Part shown: in pieces, positions 1-12,601 of the stretch
Layout of the letters: each line of letters opens with the position of its first letter
Numbering within the stretch: position 1 is the first letter of the stretch
NCBI GenBank assembly: GCA_036630325.1
Contig: CP142730.1
Span: 1,178,001 to 1,242,000, forward strand
From: Vairimorpha necatrix
Taxonomy: Eukaryota
Direction of reading: 5' to 3'
DNA length: 64,000 bases
Translations under genes and position numbers: made by a program
Notes under the pieces: generated by a model
What the model saw: only the letters and a program-made list of their open reading frames with translations
Told to the model about the DNA's origin: nothing
Databases searched by the model: none

Positions 1-789
1 TCCTAAGTAGTTCCAATTGCAACAAAATGAATAATTGTCGCGCGACCGGATTTTTTCTAATTTTTCCAACAAAACTAAAATTTTTAACATTTGGATTTGG
101 TTGTTTGTAACTGTTTATGATTTTATCCAACTAATTTTTTTTTAATTTACTAACCCCCAAGTAAATTTTTACCATGTTTATATCCTCAAATGCAAATCCT
201 CGTTTAAACAAACAGAATAATGATAGATCTATTGATATGCAATTGAGTCTTGAATGATGTTTTGTAATCCATGAACCTTCATTTTTTATATGGTATTAAA
301 TTCTCAAAATTACTTATTATTTTTTATACATATAATCATTTTTGTAAAAATTTGACATTGGTGCATATACATTATTTAAAGTCTAGATTACGATTTTGTT
401 ATTTATGCGTCACAAAGGTTCAGAATAAAATTAAAAACAATTCAACAAATTTGATATTTAAATTTCTAAAAGCATTCGAGAAGAACTTTAACTCAGATAA
501 CTTTTGTGTTTTCTGTAAATGTATATTAAAGTTTAATTTTATAATAAATTTACTAGATACAGTTACCCATCAAAATTTATTTTTACATTTAATCTCAATC
601 GTATTTACCCAACATGATTGTAACTGGATTCATTTTAGGTTTATTTGCAATTATCATTTTCAAAACACTATAAGAATGCTGTAAGTATGAAAAATATGTT
701 AAACAATATGAGAAAGTTGAAAAATGTAAGAATTTAAAATTAAAAAATATAAAATATAACACGTTAGATATGGTTGCCGCCCCAAACCT

Positions 790-1854
790 ATTAATTAAAT
801 TGTATTAGACAGAAAAAATATGTTTCAAGAATCTTTTAAAATTTTAAAGGCAATGTTAAAATCATCTTTACATCCAAACAATATAATTAAAATCAAATAT
901 AAAGATGAGGAATGTGTTGATTTGGGAGGAATTAATAGAGAATGAATTACTTCGTTGTTTGATGAATTTTTTGCAACAAGAAATCAATTGTTTTATTTCC
1001 TAAATGATGATCTAACGGAGATGTTTCCTATTGATAAAGAATTAATAAGAGAAAACGATCTAACATATTTTAAGCTTTTAGGAAAAATAATTCGGAGAAT
1101 GGTTGTTAGAAAAGTCAATGCCAATGTAAAATTACATACAATTATTTGGAAACAAATTTTAGATTTGTCTTGTGACAACACAGATTTTGAAAAAGTTGAT
1201 CCACTTTTTTACAAAAATTTTACTTCTTTAAAAGAAGATCTAAAACATTAATCGATTTGCAAACGACATATTCGGAAAATGATTTTAGTTTATTAAAATC
1301 GGAAAAAATATTTTAGTCAATGAAGAAAATATAAATTTGTACATAGACGAATATTTAAAATATAAATACGTTACAAAAATAGATGAACAAATTGCGGAAA
1401 TAAAAAATGGATTATTTGAGATTATTCCTAAATATTGTCTAAACACATTTGACGAAACAACTTTAAAATGTTAATATGTGGAGCAGAAAAGATAAATATG
1501 AAAAATTGGATTCAAAATACCACATACGAAAATTATAATTCTAAAGAAAAAGTAATTATTTGGTTTTGGGACATAGTAAAAAGTTTCACAGACGAAGAAA
1601 AAATTCTACTTGTACATTTTGTAACAGGTTCTAATAAAGTACCAGCCGGATTTTTTGAAGATCTTACTGGAATAAGAGAAGAAAATAAAAAATTTACAGT
1701 TACAAAGATCGCATGTGATCATGATAAAATACTACCTTTTGCCAGAACATGTACCAATACTTTATTACTTCCAGAGTATTCAAGTAAAAAAAAATTAAAA
1801 GAGAAACTTCTGTTTGCAAATAATGGATGTCGAGAAGGATTCGAAATATTTTAA
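790..1854 (+). pseudogene. HECT-domain E3 ubiquitin ligase pseudogene
   Basis: Reads ..YKDEECVDLGGINRE*ITSLFDEFF (HECT GG-x-x-REW motif with TGA at 943-945), then LVNEENINLYIDEY..NGLFEIIP, then MLICG..WFWDIV..FVTGS..LPFARTCTNTLLLPEY (catalytic Cys motif). Also a TAA at 1249-1251 and a frameshift near 1467. Start is approximate. Confidence 0.9.
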
Positions 1855-1999
1855 ATAAATATTACAATAATTATAATCATAATTAAACATAAACAACTTT
1901 AGCTGCAGTAAAAAAATAACAAAAGTGTAATTCGAAACCTATCTCTTATGTATACCTCTTGACGACAAACACGTTTTTATTAATAAAAAAAATATTTTG

Positions 2000-3098
2000 G
2001 GTGCTTCTTTGGTATGCGATCGGACACCAAGACCCCCCCCTTGTAAAGGAAAAAAAATATGAAAAAAACGTTAAAAAATACTATAAATTTGATTTAATTG
2101 AGTAAATTATATAATAAATCAACATAACAGTCGTAAAACACCTCTAAATTGTTTCTTCTACAAAAACTTTTCCTAAATATAAATTCATTGAGCCATGAAT
2201 CAATTTCATTACGCTTAACTCCATGTTCTTTGGTCATTTCAGATTTTAGCTGCGACCATACATTCTCAATGTTATTGGTATGAGTACCATCTGCAGATTT
2301 AAACCCGATAGAATGGTTTACTACCTTATGTTCAAGACAAAGATTCCGTGCTACACTTGGATAACTCGAATGACCATCACTATATAAAATCGAACCAACG
2401 CCCATTTTACCTTCTAGAGCAACTGTTAAACACTCGACTTTCCTATTATCCACCACTGTAATGTAAAAGTTCGATGAATTAGATGCTTCTACTATACCTA
2501 GTATCCAAACAGTATCGGGGATTATATCATCACAACTTGTTTAATTTCTTATTTTACCTCTTCTCAAATTACAGACTCATCAACTTGGACAATTTTTCCC
2601 GATCCACCAATAAAATCCTCTTAGAAATTTTGTTTTTAAAAATTTCTCTAATTATTTTTTTTTGCATCGGAAACTGTCGATGAAGAAACTCCTAGTTTTG
2701 CCTCTAAAGTAAAGTAACTACTTCTACACAAAATTAAAAATATTAATTCACAAAAATTATATAAAGTTAACTTGCTTCCTTTGTTAACTGATATTTTAGC
2801 ACTGCATTTATAATTAGAACACCTGTATACCACTCTTTTAACCTCTCTCTCCTTATATAATACAACATTTGAAATCTCATTGCATTTAAAGCACGTCTTT
2901 TGCTCTTTCAAGACTTCTAACTCAAGTAATGAGTTTAAACAGTCACAATACCATAGAAAAGCCTTTGTATTGCCTTTATTTTGATTTTCGTGCTTTTCTT
3001 TGGTATGCGATCAGAAATTTTAAAGTCATTATTTTTCATTTTTAGGTGGTCAGAATTTTTTTTTAAAAAAAATTCTGATCGCATACCAAAGAAGCACC
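2000..3098 (-). mobile_element. Merlin (IS1595/ISXO2-like) DNA transposon 1, defective
   Basis: 22-bp TIR GGTGCTTCTTTGGTATGCGATC at 2000 and its reverse complement ending 3098. 8-bp TSD ATATTTTG/AAATTTTG (7/8). Confidence 0.92.
2094..3039 (-). pseudogene. Merlin DDE transposase, frameshifted
   Basis: Zn ribbon CFKC..CSNYKC, then IGGSGKIVQVDES, WILG, YSDGHSSY, VNHS..HTNNIENVW. Several frameshifts and stops. Confidence 0.9.
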
Positions 3099-6000
3099 AA
3101 ATTTTGTATACATTTTTTTAATCACACAATCTATGGAGATTAATTTAGTATACACAACAAAAAAGAATTCACATAATATTATAACGTATTTTATTTATAT
3201 TGAGTTAGTCATTTTTGTTTACTAAAATATTTGTTATTATTGATCATTAATATTTAAAATGAAGTTTATTTACATTTTATAGCCTTTATTTTATTTTCGC
3301 CTATAACAAATGTCTCTTAACAGGCGATAACTTATTAAAATAACATAAAGAAATTTTTTAACTTTCGCGTTGACGTACAATGGTCATTTACGCGTGTGTT
3401 AATCGGTATATTATAAAAGCACTTTTGCGATTCTAAAATGACTATAAAAAATATCTCACAATGTTTCATATTGGTTTTAAATATATCCTTAAAATGAGAT
3501 TATTATTTGGCACTTTGTATCGTCCTGAGGTTGATTTTAATATTTCCGAAATAAACAGAAAAAGTAAAAATAATATACAGAAACATATGATGCGTCTAAA
3601 AAAAACAAAAATCTTTAACTTTTGTATCTCTTATGAAAATTTTAATAAAATTTATGTAATAAAAACAAAGAAGAGGTTATGTGAAATGTCATTTTGTTGA
3701 TAACAATTGTGGAAATAATTCTGATTCTATGAAAATGATGCTTAAACAGTTACCATATAAAAAACAACGAAATAATTTATATGCATCACAACAAATGAAA
3801 AAAGACAAAGAAAGTAAACAACGGCTAAAGTTAGCTTTAGGACGCAAATTTTTTTTTTCAAATCTTATATAATGTTATCAAAATGTGAGAAGAATATTGA
3901 CGAATTTATACATCATATGGAATTTTTGACATGGGCCCTTTTTACACAAATAATTAAATTAAAATAAATAATGATTAAGGCTTTAGACTTCGTACATATG
4001 GAAAGAAAATTGATCGTTGATTTAACACATCAATCGAGTTAAAAAAACAACTTCAATCGATAAAAAGAAGATAAGAAATCAATTTACAAGAGGAACCTTT
4101 TAATACAATTATAGAATTTTTGAAAATTTTTAACATCAGAGAAAAACATCTAAACCTAAAATTTTTACATTTTAGATTAAATATCGATTGACCAAATATA
4201 ATTAAGATAAATTCTCGAAAGTAAAAATACATACTCAAAAAAACCATAGAATCTATCGAATGAAGAACTCGGCTTATGTAATTATAATATATTTTTACAA
4301 AAGAAAAAGACAGAAATAATATATTATCTTTAAAAATTAAATTAAATGGGTTATCGATTAAATCTAACAAATGCATTAAATTTCATGATATATAGCTCAT
4401 ATATACAATAAATAACATTTTATTATGTTTAAATTGATGATCAGAACAAATTTTTAACTTTTAGACCTTAGTAAAACCAAAAACATTTATTTTTAGATTA
4501 ACTTATCGTAAGTTAATTAAATGCAAATTTAAGCGTTAAAATATATTCTATACAACACATAGAAAAAATATAAAATATAAATGGTTACTGTTAGATCATA
4601 AAAGTAAAGAGATGGTTTTATACATTATAAAGATAGATTAAATTTAAAATACTGACAGAATATCACCATAGAAAATTTCATTTATAATCAGATAGCTTGC
4701 AATTTGATGAGAAAAATCTCAGTAACGCCCAAAGTCATGTTCATTTTGTTAGCCCTTTGTAGTTTTTAGGCTTAAGTTTTCAACTGTATCCATTCTACAC
4801 TCGTGATCTTGATAAAAGATGCCTCGATAGCTAATGTTTACAGGCAAGTCAGTAATTTTTGACAGAGTCCCCTGATCAAAGCTTATGTCTTGAAGTTTTA
4901 TAGGTAAAGCTATATTTTATCATATTTACTAGAATTGCTTTGAGAAATAGCTTTATTATTTCACCCTAATGAATTTTCAATATATTGGTCATCAATTAAT
5001 TCATTATTCAACGAAATTATTATAAAATTTATTACAAGGGCCATATAGATGGTTTTCGTTCAGCCTAGCGTATACCACATTTTAAATTTACCAAAAAATT
5101 CAAAATTTCCAAATTTTACGGTTGAAACATTTAAACATTTTGCATATAATAAATTTTTTGTTTTTATAATTATTAGTTACTGCTTTATCAAGTCGTCGAG
5201 TATACAGTTGCTTTGCTTAAATTAAAATAACATCATAAGACTTTATTAGATACGTAGATTTACAAAAAAAAATGTACTTACACAAAGAGGGTGACGCTGG
5301 CCTAAAATTTGTTTGAGTTATTTATATTAGGGTAACATGGTAGTCAGCGTGTTAAATAACTAGATCTAATGAAACATTTCTATATTTAATCTCTTTTTTA
5401 GTTTTCTTAAATTTTGACAGTTGATCTCATTTAAATTTATAATACTTAAAATATATATACATATAATTTTTATTATAATATGTGCTTAAATTTATATGTT
5501 ATTTGCTTAAAGTATAAAACATTAGCAAATATTCCATGCGAATATTACGTAAACATATTATAAGTACTATATAAAGGTTTCATGAGACTTTATAAAGCAT
5601 ACGTATGATGTTGTATAATTTTAATATCAATATCCTATTTTTTCTATTAAGTTTTGTACACTATTATATACATTTTCAGGTAGTTTTGAATGCTTGTTTT
5701 CAAAATTATTTTTTTTTACAATTATTAGACATACTTTAGTAACTAAGTTTTAATTTTCTCTCCATTGATATTAACAAATTAAATATCAATGAGTGTTTTA
5801 TGGGCCAATTAGTTCAAAAATAACATTTATCATCATAGTTAATTTCAAAAAACCAAAATCTTTGTTCTTAACGTGGAATGTATAGATATCCTGATAAATC
5901 TGCCATTAATTGCCAAAAATTTATTGAGTTACATTTACGCAATTAAATATTCTTTTAGGTCTAACTAAGAATATGTTTTTACAATATAACATCCGGACGT

Positions 6001-7100
6001 CTGTAAAATTATTAAAAGAATTGTTATATATAAAGAACAACTTATGATCTTCACATTACTTCTGAAATTTTAGAATTTTCATAATCGTTATGATACATCC
6101 GAATTTAGGAATAGTCAACTAAATAGTTTTTATTTTTCTTGAGTTGTGAGTGTCTTCCAACTTTTTAAATGTTATTAGAGTTCTATTAAAGAATACTAAT
6201 TAATTTAGAACTTTATTTGTAGAATAACTTAGTCTTTTCAATGTATTTTGAATTTTAATTAATATTTCATCCTATGCCATTATGTAAAAATAGTATATTT
6301 ATATCATACTTTTAACATCAAATTTTTTAAACATCTCATTTTCGGCTTCCTTGTGCGAATATCTAGTAATATAAGGTCGATGTTATGCATATATTACATT
6401 ATAACAATTTTTTTAAAAATTAGCATAATACGCAAATTATAATGTTTATATGTAAAAATTCAATTCAATGATTAATAAATATAAAAACAATGAATAATAC
6501 ACTTTCTGTTTCGAAAGTAAACAAATAACTTCATTTGTAATACTAATATGAATAATTATATCTCCTTAACACAATTTTTTTGTGACGTAGTATCTATTTA
6601 TGACAATTTTTATAAAATTAGATGTTTTATGCTTGATAAAAGAATATTTTATCTATAAAGTCTTAAAGAAACGTCAAAAAACGTTGTATTACTGAATACT
6701 GATTTTTTGACTGTAAATAAAAGAATGACATTTATAATATTTATAAACCCGCTGTTCTTCTAGATATATAGCATGAAAAACCAATAATTAAAAAATAACA
6801 TAATGATTAATATATTTTTAAATCTTCGGAGGCTAAAATAGATGCAACCATAACTTTAGCATAGTTATGTGAAGCCCAAATAAGTCTTTATGTCATGTTT
6901 TTTTTTGTTTTAATATATTAAAAAAGTCATTTTTTAATACCAGATATTATAAAACGTTATTAACATCTGACATATTCCTCAAGTTTTATTTTGTTAAATA
7001 CTAAAACCTTAATTATGAAAACCTAGCATTAAAAATTTTGTTTTTTAAATTTTTTATATGCGTGCAAAAATTTTACATTCTTTCAAAACCAGCCCTTAAA

Positions 7101-8101
7101 ATGACATTGTTTTTTGATATAATATATGCAACTCAACTATTTATCGTTGAAGATAAAGATAAATACAAAAGAGAAAGACATTTTCAACCGAATATCAGTT
7201 ATGGATTATATATTTGTGATGATATATCACCATATGAAGAACTCGAAAAAATTTTAAATCACATAATACTGATACATTTTCAATTTCAGAAATGGATCTT
7301 TTAGAGCTTGAAAATATATTATCACATTTAGAAGAAGATCCTACTTCGACATCAGAAATAAGAAGCTCTATAGAGAATGTAGCTTCTGTTGTCTTTTCTA
7401 ATGCAACTCAAGAAGCTAATTTTACTGAGACAAATAAAAGTTGTAGTGATGGCCCTAGCAACATAAAAGCCTTAAATACAATAAAATATTATGAAAATTC
7501 TTTATCACCAAAAGTTTTTATGAATTGTAGGAAAAAAATATCAGAAATCAAAAAACAACAAAATCTAATGATTGATGCAATTAAATACTCCTGTAAAACA
7601 ACAAAAAACAATATTCAAGATAATTTTATAATACTTGCATATAATAAAAAAATTTATAAATTTTTTGAGTACATTCGGAATCTACATAGAGTGCAATTTC
7701 CTAAAATATATGATCAATTAAAAACTTTCGAAGTACCTCCTGGTATTTATTCCTTGATATTAGAATTTTTAGATATATTTAAAGATTTTAACATAATTTT
7801 TGAAACAAAGGTAAATTACGGCAACTTAAAGAAATACTCGATAAATACTAAAAATCAGATTACTAGCTATAACATTAAAATTATGTCTATATTCAAATTT
7901 ATACCAATATTTGAAGCTTTTAAATATATTGAGAGTGAAGCAATCTCATTTCCAAATAATAACATCGAATACTATCGTAATATAAGAAAGGTGTTATACT
8001 TAATCAAAAGAAAATTAGACATCGTTTACAAAAGATCATGTAAGTGTATACATTTTTATAATAAGATTAATCAAGTCCTCAATAAGAACTTTTATGAATA
8101 A
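7101..8101 (+). CDS. Orphan protein, probably one gene split by a frameshift near 7290
   Basis: CCCTTAAA precedes ATG 7101. The first ORF ends at 7304 and overlaps the 269-aa ORF 7292-8101 in another frame. No recognisable domain. Confidence 0.55.
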
Positions 8102-8599
8102 ACTGTTCATCATGTAAAAACGGTCTTTTAAATTTTATTTTTTTCCTTCAGCATAATCCTAATTTTGACGGTTAATACATTGCAAGATATGGTAAATATA
8201 TCTATATAAACCTATAAAAAATATACCATTAGGTGGTTTTAATGAAAATTTAACAAATGTGAATTAGAAAAATAATTGATCAATAAAATTTATGCATTCA
8301 ATTCAACGTTATTTACAATTCAGGTTTTCAAAATTTTTAAGAAATTAGAATATAAAACGATAAAAATATAGATATTACTACACTAAATATACAATAATAA
8401 ATATAAAATTGATTTGCCTTTAAATATCTAAGATTAGCATTATAGTACTGACAAAAAGATTATTTATAGCCACGACCACACATGAGGCGATTAACTTAAA
8501 ACTTTCTTGATATATTTTATTTGGTTACAAAAATAATATTTCTAATATAAATCATAAGGTATTCAAATACCAGATTATTGTTCACGTGTGTTTACGCAC

Positions 8600-8960
8600 A
8601 ATCATAGAAGAGTAATTTAAAAATGTCAATAATCTAAATTTCATTTATTGATCCGCCTTTTCCGACATTATTTATCATAGACATCTGTTACTGCCTTAGA
8701 ATATTCCAAAAAATCTTATATAGGATTTTTTCTCTTGATTGGTTTACACTTAATATCCAAACATGCCCCTCTTCTTAAACCAGTAATCTTCCCTACTTCT
8801 TTTTTAGGAACTCATAATAAGCCAAAACGGATGTTTTTTGTCAAGATATTTGACTTATTTGGAACATGATTTCGTTCCAAATATTATCACCTGTTTTTTA
8901 TGATTATTTTTACAATCACGTTATTTCCATTTAAACCACCACTTTTAATGTTATTAACCT
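8600..8960 (-). pseudogene. Possible highly decayed Merlin transposase remnant
   Basis: Minus-strand fragments GGLNGNNVIVKI and VNQSRE resemble Merlin GGxxxxVEIDE and VNHS motifs. Confidence 0.3.
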
Positions 8961-8984
8961 ATCTTTTACATCTTAGATATATAT

Positions 8985-10644
8985 TGTCACGTGCGAGCGT
9001 TGTACTAGAAATTGTCATCCAGGGCAAGATTTGATACTCTGAATTTTCAACATCGCACGCGTAAATCCTAGCAGGCTTTGACATCCTGAGTTTTCTTTAC
9101 ATATGATTCTACCTAATATTCTCTAATTAAATAAATAATTGCCAGAACCGAATTCGTTTCACGGCTCATGAGAAGGAAACTCGTAACCATACCACTAGAC
9201 CTTGGCATACAAAAAGGATATAAATTTTCATATAAAGAAATCACTCGTAGTGTGTTATTGATTGGATAAATCATTTTTTGTTCTTTTTTTTATAAGATGA
9301 TCTTCCTCTCAGGATTGTTGTTGATTACAAAAATCCTTCATAAATTTACAAGGCAGACATAATGAGGTTGATTAGAAAGCAACAAAAAACGATTAAAAAA
9401 GCATAAAATTGCCTTCTTATAAATGGTACCTTATTTAAGGGATGAGGCCAGTAAAAACCACTTAAGGATGTTCATAGAAGACAGTTCAAAAATATGAAAG
9501 TTAAATGTAAAGCTTTCGACGTGCTTCCTCATAAAAACGTTAAAGGGTTAAAGCATCAGAAATTAAGAGTTTAATTAAATCACTAGGATTATATATAAAA
9601 AAGTCATCTCCGAATGCATCAAGTGTCGACAATTGCAACCTTAGAAAAAAAGGCTCAAAACGGTATAAGGAAATCTAAAACAATTTAAAAATGTAATAGA
9701 TTGTATAGATATGACGTGTTGTAAAAATTCAACTATGTGTTGTTACATTTTAAAGATAATAGATGTATATCCGAGTTTTCTTGGGGCATACCATTAACAA
9801 GTAAAACGGGACAAGAGGGTACAAAAAATACACAAATTTATCATTTTGCAATATGATTATTGTGCTTACAAGATCCATCAAAGCGATATTGTATAAAAAT
9901 TCTGTAATTTCTATAAAAAGAAACTTTGTTATTGTTCAAAAACATAGTAAGCCGCGTCACCCACAATCATAAGTGCAAATAGAAATATTTAACTAAAATT
10001 TATATCGACTATTCAAAAATACGTATTGTAAGAATGTTTGCTAGCTATTAAAAATCTAGAACCGAGGATTAACATGAATGGCTGAAACATCTTAATAAAG
10101 TCGTCTACAACTATAATACAACCAAATATAGTACGAAATGCAGTTTTTAATTCATTTTTATATACAAATACTCGGATTTAATTCTGTTTTTACGCAAAAT
10201 CTGAACGAGTCTTCAAATGATAGCATGAAAAAAATGCGATATAAAATAAAAGAGATGTATCGGTTAGTTTTCTTAGAAAAAACTAAACTTGTTCTTTTGA
10301 TACGAATTACATATCAAGAATGGGTCGTCGTTCATTCGTCCATATCTCAAAGAAAAACTTTGAATTTTGTGACAGAATCATTGTAGCTAAGGACTTCGAA
10401 AATAATATCAAAACTTAAAAACTAAATAATATTATGTTTATACATACAGAATGATTATTAAAAGTTACTCAAACAAGAGATTATAAAATTAATTGGAAGA
10501 GGTATATAAATATCTTTTATAACTAGTCTTTAAAACTCTGACATTTTAATATAATTAAAAATTCATCTGTGTACTTTTTATTTCTTATTTTTTTAGGTTT
10601 TAAAAGGGGATAAACGCCTGCACGGGTTAACGCTCGCGACCACA
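8985..10644 (+). mobile_element. Decayed Ginger/TDD-like (rve integrase) DNA transposon
   Basis: Fragments IDCIDMT, IIDVY..PLTSKTGQE, HQSD, KHSKPRHPQS, WLKHLNKVVYNY between ~9695 and ~10120. TGT..ACA ends with a shared inverted GCGAGCGTT core. Confidence 0.6.
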
Positions 10645-11617
10645 ATTATTACTTTTTTTTACACTATTGTAAATTTTTATTCCGATATTCAAAATGCGAA
10701 TAAGTCAGCAATTAATCATGTGTCGTTACTAAAAACAGTAAATTATATTTTATCTTCTTAAAATTGTATATATTTTACGTTCTCTTTATGAACTGGTGAT
10801 CGTTTTTTGACTTTTATCTAAAACGTATTGACCCTAATAATTAAAAAATCTTCTCGAGCTTACTTATATGGCAAAATACTAAGAACGAAGCAATGTTTAA
10901 CAAAGCTTTAAATTGATGACTGCACTTACCAATATGAACAATTCTTTGTCAAAAAATTTTATAAGCATCTTTCAGAATACCGAATGGACGAGTAGAGAAT
11001 ATCAAAAACAAGGCAGAGAAGGATGAGTAAATGATTTTGACCACTTTTTTTTATAATTTGAGCTTTAATTACAATCAGAAATATAACTTATGGAAAGTCT
11101 TTATTCTCAAAATTAAATTTTTCTATTGTCCACTTTAAGTGTTGTAACAATTTTTATTTTTTTGTTTAAATTTTAGTCTATATTGTATAAAAAGTTATCA
11201 ACATGGGCCTTTGGAGCATGTGTGCAATAATAGGTATATACATACATTTTCAAGATTATGACTGCACACAAAAATAGATTATTATTGAAAATTAGTCAGA
11301 CTTCTTTGCGTGATACTAAACGAAAGGAGTATCAAGGAAGTTTTTTTAAAAAATATATATTATGTTTGAATGTTTGAATTTTACAAATTTTTTTTTTCAG
11401 ATTATAGTAATTTACATCAATTCATTATCTCAAATCTTATAATGCTGTTTAAGACTTATATTCGATTTTTATAGCATATTTAGAAAATGATTTATATTTC
11501 CTTCATAAATAAACATATTCCTCAGATTTATGCTTTATTGCACTGAACTCCTTTTCTTTCATACTTATTTTTAGTAGATTAGTATTATATAATAGTATTA
11601 ATGTTTCTACAAACGAA

Positions 11618-11900
11618 TTGGGCTTAATATTTGGTTTTAAAACAGAAATAATTCTCTACGTAATCTCTTGGGACGGCATAGTGAATTATTTTCAAAAATA
11701 TTATACCACAAGACTCGAAATCACCAAGAAGGTAGAAGCTACATCCAATGATCACGAAATTAAAGATGATAGAGCATTTATCTGGACTGACAACGGAGAT
11801 GAGACAAACCGATGTGGAAAGGACTATGGAGCCGGAAGCTACCTACAAGTAGGAGACGCTAACGCGGAACCTATTCTTGGAAAAATGAGAAGTATAAGTA
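11618..11900 (+). pseudogene. 3' remnant of RLE-type non-LTR retrotransposon
   Basis: IILYVISWDGIVNYFQKYYTTRLEITKKVEA matches the VITWDGVVTKYHRKY segment of the larger remnant near 22700. Confidence 0.65.
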
Positions 11901-12601
11901 ACACTAAGCATACCTTAATAAAATTTACTTATTGTTTCTGCAGCACAATTTTTGAAAATATTAGCTCAAGTGGATTAGTGAAAATACAAAATAGTTTGTA
12001 GCAAAAATTTCAAACAAATATAATAGGTCATCGTTGACACCAACAAATCATTAAAACGTCACTTCTTCTTTACTTAAAACATAAAAAGAAGTAATTTGCA
12101 GCGTCGAGTAAATATATCATGCGAATTATTATATTTACAAATATTATATGAAAATCATCTTACGGATAAAAGAAAAATTTTTAATTAAAGAATTTTAAGC
12201 AGGAAAATTTTATTTGAAAAACTAAGTTTCTAACAACGTTCCAATGACTATCTTGAGTGTGCCAATTTCGTTTTTAAACACATTGGATATTGATCAATAC
12301 ATCATTTTACGCTCCCAAATGAAACAATTCGTTTTATCTGTTCTCTTTGTTTTTTCTCCAATATTAATCTATTTACAAATATATACAAAAATCCTGTACA
12401 TGTAATATAAAATTTTATTGTTAAAAGGAGTGATCGGTGGTTTGATCAATATCAAAGTTGACTTAGAGTATATATTTATGTAAAATGTTGTTTTAAGCCA
12501 AATACTAATTATTTTTAGCTTGTTTTATAAGATGACATATTTATAAAATAACAAAATGATTTAAATTTAAATTTATATGCATTATACTATGCTTCCCCAA
12601 T

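Noticed and set aside
943-945. TGA at a conserved HECT Trp, suggesting TGA=Trp recoding
   Set aside because: The same gene also has a TAA and a frameshift, and long intact ORFs here use TGG without in-frame TGA, so simple decay explains it.
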